64,000 bases of DNA from Octopus sinensis. Lineage: Eukaryota. Under the pieces are notes generated by a model. It worked only from the letters and a program-made list of their open reading frames with translations. It did not search any database and was not told where the DNA came from. This document shows positions 52,669 through 64,000 of this stretch, piece by piece. The first letter of the stretch is position 1. Each line of letters begins with the position of its first letter. A program made the translations under genes and the position numbers. The stretch is taken from assembly GCF_006345805.1 (NCBI RefSeq), contig NC_043001.1:60450001-60514000 (forward strand), written 5' to 3'.

Positions 52669-54112
52669 TTTTTTATTAACAACAAGCGCTTACATAAAAC
52701 AACATAAAATGGCACACAATAACAGGAAAAAGTAGTACAAGACAATCCAAAGGGTTTTCAAATAGAGTAAACAGTAAAATGACAATTGAAATTAAAGCAT
52801 AAAATCTCCCAATGAACCCTGCCGAAAATTCTCAGGAAGAAACCAGTCAGTTGACCCAAGTCGATGCTCAGGGTTTCCCCATGAATGTCGTCGCACTATT
52901 GCTCTACCAACCAGCTATAGAACGCTACAGTGGAACTACCGCCGAACACATTGCAGAGAGCTGGGAGGGTTTCTCGACATTCGAGTTGCTAAGCGCCCTT
53001 CCACCGTCTAAATAAATCCAAGATTGCAGCCCCGTAGAGAGACGAGCTGTGGACGAGCGAGTGTGACAAACGTTGACCATGCCTGCTCGCCATCAAGGAA
53101 CGCTGGAGTTGCTGCAGCCTGAGCGCATGTCTGCGCATCAGCAACCACGCCATGCCCAGGCCCCTATTCAGCGGCTGTTGACAGCAGATAGGACGCTTTA
53201 CCAGCAGAAAGCGACCCCTCTACATAAAGCAGAAGAGGATGCAAACCAGATTGTTCAGCCAATATAAGGAGCAGAGACAAGAGTCAAGCGGTAATTGATG
53301 ACGGATGCAATGTACGCATTCGCCACCTCAGCTGGACCTTTCGGGGACAGCTTCCCATCGGCCGATTTCTTGGTGATATTGGCCACCTTGGTCGTCACCT
53401 CATCCCAGGTTTTCTCCTCCTAGAGGTCTGGATCGAAGCAGACGCCGAGCAATTCAATCGGTCCGTCTGTCCAGCGCACCATGACGCTGTTGGATGGCAT
53501 AGATTTCCCCCTCCAGGTACCGAGTTGCAAGCTCACTGATTTTTTCTCGTTAATATTTTCTCCTGTCACCGTTGCATATTCTTGTAGTATTTATGTACTT
53601 GTGGCTCGATATTTTCACAGTGACATCTTCGCCCTAAGCAAACACCCTTCTTCTACATCCTATATAATGCGGGATACACCTCAATGCCGCCAACGTCCAC
53701 AGCAGTGGATTAAGAGTCAATAAATACAGAAGAGATGATAGAGGGCACCCTCGAGAGACCGAGCACAAAATGCCAAATGGTTCTGAAAGGAGATCACCCA
53801 AACAACCGAGCAGATGCCGCTGTACAAAGCAGTGATCCAACTGAAGAAAACCGGGCCGAAACCGGCTGCTCTGAGAACAGCTGCAAAGTAATGATGGTCG
53901 AGCCTTTCGAAGGCTTTAGATTGATCTAAATTGATCGGAATCCTACCCACCAGAGCTTCGTTACCCACCCTCTCTATTATGTAGCGCATGAGGTGGAGGT
54001 TGTCGTGAATAGTCCTGGTTAGGACGGCGCATGTTAGCGCCTTAACAATCAGCTTGTCCACGATAAGCGACAACCTCTTGTCTAATATCTTGACCAAAAT
54101 CTTCAACTGCAT
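52669..54112 (-). mobile_element. Tx1-like LINE, 5'-truncated degenerate copy related to 43968-48080
   Basis: KILVKILDKRL..IHDNLHLMRY..LDQSKAFERLDH, SRGCPLSSLLYLLTLNPLL; continues past LSPKG with PAEVANAYIASV; ends near AATAAAAAA. Confidence 0.85.
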
Positions 54113-54180
54113 AACTTTTAGAACTTGTAGATGTAACCTTTAGAACTTGTAGGTGTAACTTTTAGAATTTGTATGTGTAG
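54112..54180. repeat. 22-bp minisatellite x3
   Basis: TAAC(T/C)TTTAGAA(C/T)TTGTA(G/T)(A/G)TG repeated three times at the LINE 5' junction. Confidence 0.8.
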
Positions 54181-54859
54181 TGGTGGCGTGTTGTGTTTTG
54201 AGAGCACAAAAAACTTCAATTGTGTGTGTCTGCATTGTTTCTTAGGTTTGTGACAAGATGTGTATTGTCTGTGTCAATGGCTGTGAAGTTTGTAGTGCTT
54301 ATGTATTCTGTGTTGGTAATTTTTTTGTTTTCTGGGCGTATTTGGTTGACTTTTATTTTGGTCACGCATCGACCAATGTATTTCGGCACGTGCAGCAAAT
54401 CTCACATTTTCAGTGTTACTGTGGAATGCTGCTTTAGCTCCTGCACCGTTGCAAAACGCACATCTGCAGCCCAAAACGCTTTCCTCGTGTTACATAAGTT
54501 TTGCTGCAACACACTAGTCTTAGTACCATTTCTAACTGTTGTTGAGTGGCTTTTATTCTTTATACACAAAAACATGTACGTGACCGTTTTTCTACTGGTT
54601 TCTTGTATCATTTCTTGGGGAGTTTAGGAAGACATAGTTTCCTTCGTTCCTTAACAGCCCTATTGCATCTTATTTCATTTAATGTAAGATTTATTTGGTC
54701 TTTAGTTTGCTTTGTCGCTGAGGACACATATTCCAGCAATGTAAAAAAGGTAAATTACAACCAACAGCATATGCTTTTCCACTGTGTGATATCAAGTAGC
54801 CAATAACTGTGGACGGGTTTTGCATAGCTTGTTTATATTTTTACCTGAATCTCCTTTAA

Positions 54860-54918
<59 letters not shown>

Positions 54919-54946
54919 ATATTATATATATATATATATTTAAGTG

Positions 54947-55120
54947 AACAGGTATAGAGTGGCTGTGTAGTAACTAGCTTGCTAACCAATCACATGGCTC
55001 CGTGTTTAGTCCCACTGCGTGGCAACTTGGGCAAGTGCTTTCCCCTATAGCCTCGGGCCGACCAAAGCCTTGTGAGTGGATTTGGTAGACGGAAACTGAA
55101 AGAAGCCCGTCGTATATATG

Positions 55121-55155
<35 letters not shown>

Positions 55156-55350
55156 ATTTTTGTGTCTGTGTGTTTGTGTCTGTGTTTGACCCCCTAGCAT
55201 TGCTTGACAACCGATGTTCGTGTGTTTATGTCCCCGTAACTTAGCGGTTCGGCAAAAGAAACCGATAGAATAAGTACTGGGGTCGACTAATGGCGGTGCT
55301 CCAGCATGGCCGCAGTCACATGACTGAAACAAGTAAAAGAGAGAGTAAAG
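54947..55350 (+). mobile_element. tRNA-derived SINE with CR1-like 3' tail
   Basis: Head TGGCTGTGTAGTAA..GTTTAGTCCC, body 'ttgggcaagtg..gaccaaagccttgtgagtggatttggtagacggaaactgaaagaagcccgtcg', internal TA/TG tract, tail GGCGGTGCTCCAGCATGGCCGCAGTCACATGACTGAAAC. Confidence 0.85.
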
Positions 55351-55516
55351 AGTGAGAGTATGATTGTATGTTCATGACGCGTGACAATTAAACCATATAG
55401 GATTCAGCCTTAATGTCAATGGTGATAATTTCCCATATCAGCCTAATAAGCCGCATGTACTGATTGCAAATATAGTGTGTGTGTGTGTGTGTATGTATAT
55501 ATATATATATATATAT

Positions 55517-55554
<38 letters not shown>

Positions 55555-56335
55555 GCGGAGAAACAGAGCGACGGGGATAGAAGGGAGAGTGCGAGAGAGA
55601 TTGAACAGGTGAGATCTAGAGAGGTTCAATATAGGAAAGATGTAGTGGTGCTCAAACGATTCGAACTGATCCTTCGTAGTATTTATCGAGGACCAATTCT
55701 GCAGAGTAAAGAATGGGGACAAGAGGAATGCGGCTGAGCTGATATGGAAAATGTGGTGCAATTTTTAGCCATCCGGTAGAATTGCACAAAACATCTAACA
55801 TAATTAAAGTCAGCGAAGTCATATATGAAAACATTTGTATCGTCTATACACTTCAACCAGTTTTCAAATCAATATCAATATTTTGTGTCTGCAGCAAAAC
55901 TCCCCAATATAATATCGAGGTAAGAATTTATTGTAATAAATTAAATCTATGAAGGAATATAGCGAATTTGTAATCAATCAAATTCTACGACAGTATTACA
56001 TGTTGCGCAGAGATTGATCTCGGTAGAAGTGATAGGTATTTCTACCATATTTCATAGTCGTGTACTATAATATTGAAAATGGCCACAATTTCGTGCTGTG
56101 TGCAACTAAGGCTAAATTAACGCATTAATTTCAAAAATATTACTGTCGTTATTTTAATATATTTTGTGCAATAAATAAAATGAAATAACGAAACAGGAAA
56201 TTTCACTCAGATTGAAATTTTAATGCTGTTTCGCAATAACATTATAATGAATGCATGTAATTTCTCACCAGGAATAGATATTGCGCTTATTCTTGTGTTT
56301 ATGACACTCACACGCACACACGCATAGACAACATA

Positions 56336-56398
56336 CATGTATGTATGTATGTATTTATGTATGTATGTGCGTATGTACATGAGTACGTGTGCGTGTAA

Positions 56399-56449
<51 letters not shown>

Positions 56450-56551
56450 ACATGTAGTATATATACATAATATTTATGTGTTTCGGTTTGTATTCATTCA
56501 TACATACGTTCTTACATACCTATATATTTCGTTCGGTTCATATGTATTGTA

Positions 56552-56587
<36 letters not shown>

Positions 56588-56638
56588 TTATATATTATAA
56601 TATGTATTATATATTATATAAATATATATATATATAAT

Positions 56639-56678
<40 letters not shown>

Positions 56679-57427
56679 ATATGTATATATATATATATAT
56701 GTATATTATATATGTGTATATATATATACATGTATATATATATATGTATATATATATAGTATAATATATATATGTATATATATATACTGTATATATATAT
56801 GTATATATTATATATGTATATATAGATGTATATATGTATATATATATATGTATATATATGTATATATATATGTATATGTATATATATATATGTATGTATA
56901 TATGTGTATATATATATATGTATGTGTATATATATATATATAGTATATGTTATAATATATATAGGTATATATATATGTATATGTATATATATATATGTAG
57001 ATATATATGTATATGATTATATATGTATAGTATATATGTATGTTATATGTATATATATATTATATATATATGTATAAATATATGTATGTATATATGTATG
57101 TCTATATATATATGTATGTATATATATATATATGTATGTATATATATATATGTAGGTATATATATGTATATAATATATGTATAATATATATATATATATG
57201 ATATATATATATATTAATATATATATATTATGTATGTATATATATATAGATATATATTATATATAATATATATATATATGTATAATATATATATATTATG
57301 TATATATATATATATATATATAATATATATGTATATATATATATGTATATATATATATATGTATATTATATATATATGTATATATATATATATGTATATA
57401 TAATATATATGTATATATAATATGTTG

Positions 57428-57460
<33 letters not shown>

Positions 57461-57745
57461 GTATATATTATATATATATATGTATATATATAATATGTAT
57501 ATATATATGTATATATAATATATGTAATATATAGATATATGTATATATTATATATTATATATGTATATATATGTGTATATATATATATATGTATATATAT
57601 ATATGTATATATATATATATGTATATATATATGTTATATATATATGTATATATATATATAATATATATATATATATGTATATATATACTATATATGTATA
57701 TATATATATATATATAGTATATATATTATATGTAATATATATATG

Positions 57746-57781
<36 letters not shown>

Positions 57782-57903
57782 TAGTATATATATATATATA
57801 TGTATATATATATGTGTATATATATATATATGTATATATATGTATATATATATATATGTATATAGGATATATATATATGTATATATATATATATGTATAA
57901 TAT

Positions 57904-57934
<31 letters not shown>

Positions 57935-58135
57935 GTATACTATATGTATATATTATATATATATGTATTATATATATATATATATGTGTATTATATATTA
58001 TATGTGTATATATATATATATGTGTATATAATATATATGTATATATATATATATATGTGTATATATATATATATGTGTATATATATATATCTATATGTGT
58101 ATATATATAATATATATATGTGTATATATATATAT

Positions 58136-58178
<43 letters not shown>

Positions 58179-58290
58179 GTGTGTATATTATATAATGTAT
58201 AATATATATATGTATATATATATATGTATTATATATATATATGTATATATATATATGTATATATATATTGTATATATATATATGTATATA
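56336..58290. repeat. Very long degenerate (TA)n/(TATG)n tract
   Basis: Directly visible; ~2 kb. Confidence 0.95.
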
Positions 58291-58566
58291 TTTAAAAATT
58301 GATAGAGATAAATTAATATTAATTTTAATATCAATTTAAAACCAATAGTCCAGCATTCAAAAAATCTGAGGAGTCAGAGAAAATTCAAATATATGTGTAT
58401 ATTGGCAGGGCACGCCTGGTAGGGTAACCGGCCAGAATGCTAGAAATAGAAATAGATCATAAACGATCAAACTACAAGGGAAATTCTCTAGAGGAAGGAA
58501 TTCAGCGAACACCAGAACCAAATTTGGCGGCAGGACATATGAAAAATTAAATAAAAAACAGACTTA

Positions 58567-58641
58567 AATGCATACCTCGGTTTCGGTCTAACAAAAGAAT
58601 TACTTGCATAATTCAAGTGTCCGTGACTTCTTCAGTACATT
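58567..58641 (-). ncRNA. Type I hammerhead ribozyme motif
   Basis: Reverse complement of the motif at 59442-59517. Confidence 0.7.
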
Positions 58642-59109
58642 CGGTCCTCGAGATGCAAACCGCAAGACTAACCCCAGCTCTCTGTGTCAAGACAGACACG
58701 TGCTTAGTCTTACTGATTACATCGGGAATAAAATTTCAAATGTCTTGGTTCCGGCGCGCTAAGAGACTCCTGAAGCGAAGGGCTGCAGTGAATAATTCAC
58801 TGCGGGTAAAGCTTGCTACTAGGGAACGTATTTATTTAAATATTTAAAAATTGAGTGAGATAAATTAATATTAATTTTAATATCAATTAAAAAACAGTAG
58901 TCCAGCATTCAAAAAATCTGAGGAGTCAGAGAAAAAATTCAAATATGTGTATTGGCAGGGCTGGCCTGCTAGGTAGCCGGCCAGAATGCTAGAAATAGAT
59001 CATAAACGATAAAACTACAAGGGAAATTCTCTAGAGGAAGAATTCAGCGAACACCAGAACCAAATTTGGCGGGCAGGACATATGAAAAATTAAATAAAAA
59101 ACAGACTTA

Positions 59110-59185
59110 AATGCATACCTCGGTTTCGGTCTTAACAAAGGAATTACTTGCATAATTCAAGTGTCCGTGACTTCTTCAGTACATT
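59110..59185 (-). ncRNA. Type I hammerhead ribozyme motif
   Basis: Reverse complement of the motif at 59442-59517. Confidence 0.7.
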
Positions 59186-59441
59186 CGGTCATCGAGATGC
59201 AAACTGCAAGACTAACCCCAGCTCTCTGTGTCAAGAAAGACACGTGCTTAGTCTTACTGATTACATCGGGAATAAAATTTCAAATGTCTTGGTTCCGGCG
59301 CGCTAAGAGACTCCTGAAGCGAAGGGCTGCAGTGAATAATTCATTGAAATTTTATTCCCGATGTAATCAGTAAGACTAAGCACGTGTCTGTCTTGACACA
59401 GAGAGCTGGGGTTAGTCTTGCGGTTTGCATCTCGAGGACCG

Positions 59442-59517
59442 AATGTACTGAAGAAGTCACGGACACTTGAATTATGCAAGTAATTCTTTTGTTAAGACCG
59501 AAACCGAGGTATGCATT
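59442..59517 (+). ncRNA. Type I hammerhead ribozyme motif
   Basis: AAUGUA-CUGAAGA-A-GUC..(37 nt loop)..GAC-C-GAAA-CC-GA-GG-UA-UGCAUU. Stem I 6 bp, stem III ACC/GGU, GUA triplet, A.C at the base of stem II. Confidence 0.7.
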
Positions 59518-59679
59518 TAAGTCTGTTTTTTATTTAATTTTTCATGTCCTGCCCGCCAAATTTGGTTCTGGTGTTCGCTGAATTCTTCCTCTAGAGAATT
59601 TCCCTTGTAGTTTGATCGTTTATGATCTATTTCTAGCATTCTGGCCAGCTACCTAGCAGGCCAGCCCTGCCAATATATA

Positions 59680-59706
59680 CTTATATATGTATATATATAT
59701 ATATAG

Positions 59707-59758
<52 letters not shown>

Positions 59759-59837
59759 TGTATATATAATATATATATATATGTTATATATATATATAAT
59801 ATGTATATATACTATATGTATATATATATATGTATAT

Positions 59838-59869
<32 letters not shown>

Positions 59870-59957
59870 TGTTATATAATGTATATATATATATGTATAT
59901 ATATGTATATATATATATGTATATATAATATATATATGTTATATATATATATATATG

Positions 59958-59991
<34 letters not shown>

Positions 59992-60157
59992 GTATTATAT
60001 AGATATATATATATGTATATATATATATGTATATATATATATATGTATAGATATATGTATATGTATATATATATGTATATATATATATGTATATATAATA
60101 TATATGTGTATATAATATATATATATATATGTATATATATATATGGTATATATTATG

Positions 60158-60210
<53 letters not shown>

Positions 60211-60224
60211 GTATATATATATAG

Positions 60225-60257
<33 letters not shown>

Positions 60258-60505
60258 GTATATATATATGTTATTTATATATATGTATATATATATGTAT
60301 ATATATATATTATATACATATATGTATATATATATATGTATATACAATATGTATATATATATATATATATGTATATACATATATATATATATATATATAT
60401 GTAATACATATATATATATATGTATATAATATATGTATATATATATATATATGTATATTATATATATATACATATATGTAATATATTATGTATATACATA
60501 TGATG

Positions 60506-60538
<33 letters not shown>

Positions 60539-60586
60539 GTATACATATATGTATGTATATATATATATATATATATACTATGTATG

Positions 60587-60617
<31 letters not shown>

Positions 60618-60789
60618 GTATATATATTATGTTATATATATATGTATATATATATATGTATATATATATAGTATATATATATATGTAATATATATATATG
60701 TATATACATATATGTATATATATATATGTATATACATATATGTATATATATATATATGTATAGTATATATTATATATATGTATATATAT

Positions 60790-60873
<84 letters not shown>

Positions 60874-60895
60874 TATATATATGTATATATATATG

Positions 60896-60991
<96 letters not shown>

Positions 60992-61008
60992 GTATATATA
61001 TATATATA
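59680..61008. repeat. Very long degenerate (TA)n/(TATG)n tract
   Basis: Directly visible; ~1.3 kb. Confidence 0.95.
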
Positions 61009-61585
61009 GTGCTAGAGTGAGCCATATAGTGACCTCTCTCTTATATTTATTTTGTAAAAATATTATAATATATATTAAAATATTATAATAATCCAGGTTT
61101 CTCGGAGCACTAGGCCACTTGGTGTTGAATAGATATACTAAATTAATTAGTATCTAATTCTCTCACCATTATAATTAATTATATATTGCTACATTATTCT
61201 AAATGCAGTATTTGTTTTCCGTGAAAGTTTGGCGCGCTGTTAGTAGGGGCATTTGAATTATAACGTCGGATGTAATCAATTGAACCACACGTGTATTTAT
61301 CGTTATGGTAAAATCTGGCGTGTGATTGAGTGGATTTCATCCAGATAGTTTGGCTGAGGAGCTACAAGTGGATTTTTTTGTAAGTAAATTACATTTAATT
61401 CATTAATAGCGAAACAATTGTCCCAAAATAATCTGTATTTTTGTTATTTTTATTTGCCCTGTCCGTGTGAGCTAACAGTCGTACTGACTTTCATGGGAAA
61501 CATGTATTTTGTGGTCGAATCGAAACCTTTGGATTAACTAGTGCTAGAGTGAGCCATATAGTGACCACTCTCTTATATTTATTTT
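61007..61585 (+). mobile_element. ORF-less hammerhead element: 532 bp unit with ~47 bp terminal direct repeat, inside (TA)n
   Basis: TAGTGCTAGAGTGAGCCATATAGTGACC.CTCTCTTATATTTATTTT at 61007-61053 and 61539-61585. Confidence 0.85.
61349..61427 (+). ncRNA. Type I hammerhead ribozyme, fully canonical core
   Basis: UUUGG-CUGAGGA-GCUA..UAGC-GAAA-CAAUUG-UC-CCAAA. All core nucleotides present, G10.1-C11.1 pair, palindromic stem III ACAAUUGU, GUC triplet; stem I extends past an internal loop (CAGAU/AUCUG). Confidence 0.85.
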
Positions 61586-61750
61586 ATTATTTCATATTAT
61601 TATATATATATATATGTATAATATATATGTATATATATGTATATATATATATGTATATATATATATATTGTATATATATGTATTATATATATATGTATAT
61701 ATATGTATATATATATATGTATATATATGTATAATATATGTTATATAATG

Positions 61751-61781
<31 letters not shown>

Positions 61782-61836
61782 GTATATATATATATATATA
61801 ATATATGTATATATATATGTATATATATATATGTAT

Positions 61837-64000
61837 GATTGATTGATTGATTGATTCTAGTTTCAGCTTATGAGCTGTGGCCATGCTGGGGCACCGCCAT
61901 TTGGTGTTGCTACTTGGTTTCACTTCATGGAGCTTTCTAGCAACTGCTATTTGGTGCATGAGAGAGTTCGATGCAGCTGTTGGTTCATCTGGGGACACCT
62001 GACAGGAAGAGATCCAGCTTCATTTTAAAGACATCTGTATCCACCCCATGCAGGTCTCTCAGGTTCTTCGGGAAGGATATTGAAGAGCTGTGGGCCTCGG
62101 AAGCCCAGGCTATCACAGAATCTGTCCTACATCTTGATGGCAGGTTTGGAGTCCTAGGCACCACGCAGTGGCGCCCAGTTCTGGCATTTGCGTAACTCTC
62201 GATGCCAAAGTTCAGGACACTTCCCTCCAGGATCTTCCAGATGTATATTATGGCATATCTTTCCCGCCTACGCTCCAGGGAATATGATTTTAATCTCTGA
62301 GTCTTTCCCAGTAGCTTACATTCTGCATAGAGGCTATCTTCTTGTGTAGCTTCGTTGGATCGCCTCAAGTTCTGTGATCAACTTGACACTGGATGGTGAC
62401 CATAGCTGAGAGCAATAGTCAAAGTGGCTTAGGACAAGTGTCTTCCAGAGGACCATCATGGTTCTTGTTCTCTTGTTCTAAAGGTTCTAAGAATCCATCC
62501 AGCCAGCCGTCTACATTTCATTGTCAGTTTAGCAACATGTAAATGAAAGGTCGCGTCATCACTCATGTGAATACCCAGGTCACGCACTGATTGTGCCTCT
62601 GGGATTGCAATCCCTCCGGGTCCAGTGTATTCATTGGGTATTGCATTCAGTTTTGCATGCTGATAGTATAAAGCTTGAAACTTTCAGCATTGAACTGCAT
62701 GCTATTTTTTCAGCCCACTTGTATATTTCGTCCAGCTCACATTGCAGGGGTTAGTGTCCTCAGGGTTCTGTATTGCCTGTGAAACCTTTGTATCATCTGC
62801 ATAACTTGTGATCGTGGCTCTCTGCGTGGCTGAGGGCATGTCTGAGAGGGCCATTATGAACAGTAGTGGTCCCAGAACAGTGCCCTGCGGAACACCGCTC
62901 ACTATTTGTGTGTTAATGGAGGTGGCCCCATTGGCTACTACCCCTGACTTCTATCCTTCAGAAAGTCATGAAGCCATTCTCCCAGTTTTCCAACTATGTT
63001 GAGATCACGCAGTTTGTGACATATCATTCCATGGTCGACTTTATCAAAGGCCTTTGCAAAGTCGAGATATATCACTTCCACATTTGAGTGGTTGAGCAGG
63101 CCGTTTCAGCACCCAGTCATAGTGTTGTAGGAGCTGAGTAAACAGCTTCTCCCTGGTCGGAAACCATGTTGGGTGTCGGGCAGCAAGTCATTCTCTTCAA
63201 GGAAGGTGATCAGCTTCATTCTGACTATTCGTTCCATGACCTTGCTGATGTGTGAGGTCAGAGAGATAGGTCTATAGTTCTGGCTTCCGCTCTGCTACCT
63301 CCTTATGAATGGGCATATTTTACCTTCCTTCAGTTTTCCTGGAAGTTTGCCAGCTGCAAGGAAGCTCTGAAAGAGGAACGCAGTGTCTTGCTAGGACTCT
63401 CTTACATGCTTTTAGGAGGATTGCCGGGAATCCATCGGGGCCAGTAGCTGAGTCTGTTTTCATTTCATCTTCGCCTGGTTACATCGTCTTCCTTTATATC
63501 GATGTAATCTATCGTCGCCGCCTCTGATTTTATATCTGCAGTGGTAAAAAAGTCAGTTGGATTGGTGATTTGGAGATGCCCAGGGGTGGAGTGAGTGAAA
63601 ACACTCTTGAATTGCTCATTCAGTATTTCACTTACCCTCATTGGTTTTCCTGTAAGTGTGCCATCCTTTTCGAGGAGTAGCCCTATTCTACAGTGCTGTA
63701 GCTGTTTCTTTGGCATACCTGTAGAAAGCTCTGGGGTTAGATTTTATGTTTTCTATAGCCCAGGCTTCTTTGTCTGCTCTTTCTTTTTCATGGGAGAGTT
63801 GCAGACATTTTTCGATTTCCAACAGTTTTATTTAGGCGGGACTTTTCACTGCTTTCAATCTGTTTGTTTAGGCGATTTGAAAATTTCGTACGCCGTCTCA
63901 TTAAAATTTCCTCTCTCTGGGGATTTTGTTCTTGTGTACAGTGGCCTTTCTCTCTGGGACACATTTGTAGCATATGGCTTGCATTACAGACATGAATTGT
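61837..64000 (-). mobile_element. CR1-clade LINE (RT and 3' end with (AATC)n tail), frameshifted, runs off window end
   Basis: SGVPQGTVLGPLLF..SYADDTK, IYLDFAKAFDKVDHG, NYRPISLTSHISKVME, YSLERRRERYAIIYIWKI; tail seen as (GATT)n at 61837-61856. Confidence 0.92.

Larger units (their letters stand above)
58289..59675 (-). mobile_element. ORF-less hammerhead element: two tandem ~545-550 bp units plus an inverted partial copy (retrozyme/Penelope pseudo-LTR-like)
   Basis: 58289-58800 repeated at 58841-59343; 59344-59675 is the reverse complement of ~58950-59283; flanked on both sides by kb-scale (TA)n. Confidence 0.85.

Noticed and set aside
54180-54780. Possible very decayed Penelope GIY-YIG fragment on the minus strand (..PKYIGR..); similar hints at 4950-5750 and 14650-15150
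   Set aside because: Motifs are too fragmentary to call by eye.
56337-61088. Many 60-195 aa ORFs rich in Y/I/M/C/V (also at 6.4, 13.7, 15.5, 19.3, 22.0, 24.0, 38.0 and 41.0 kb)
   Set aside because: Translations of (TA)n/(TG)n/(TATG)n microsatellites, which lack stop codons; not genes.

Overview
AT-rich, repeat-saturated eukaryotic genomic DNA with no recognisable host protein-coding gene, rRNA, bona fide tRNA or CRISPR array. The SINE/LINE families and long (TA)n/(CA)n tracts suggest a cephalopod (octopus-like) genome; this is inference from recall of these repeat families, not from a database search. Decayed mobile elements identified by eye: a Tc1/mariner transposase, a Chapaev3-like (CMC) transposase, a hAT-like remnant, Helitron-type non-autonomous elements, tRNA-derived SINEs, LINEs of the Tx1/L1, CR1, R4/Dong and RTE clades, and several Penelope-like elements (RT and/or GIY-YIG). 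The main unexpected signal is a dense set of type I hammerhead ribozyme motifs: about 13 foldable copies (several with a core substitution) from roughly 8 sequence families, plus a few more degenerate ones. Nearly all lie in ORF-less 0.3-0.55 kb units arranged as tandem and/or inverted repeats, mostly next to (TA)n, the architecture of Penelope pseudo-LTRs or non-LTR retrozymes. Two chimeras stand out: a 5'-intact but 3'-truncated Tx1-type LINE bracketed by two ~98% identical ribozyme-bearing repeats (43.5-48.4 kb), and a tRNA-headed SINE ending in a hammerhead (11.5-12.0 kb). All folds and alignments were done by eye; coordinates are approximate to a few bases.
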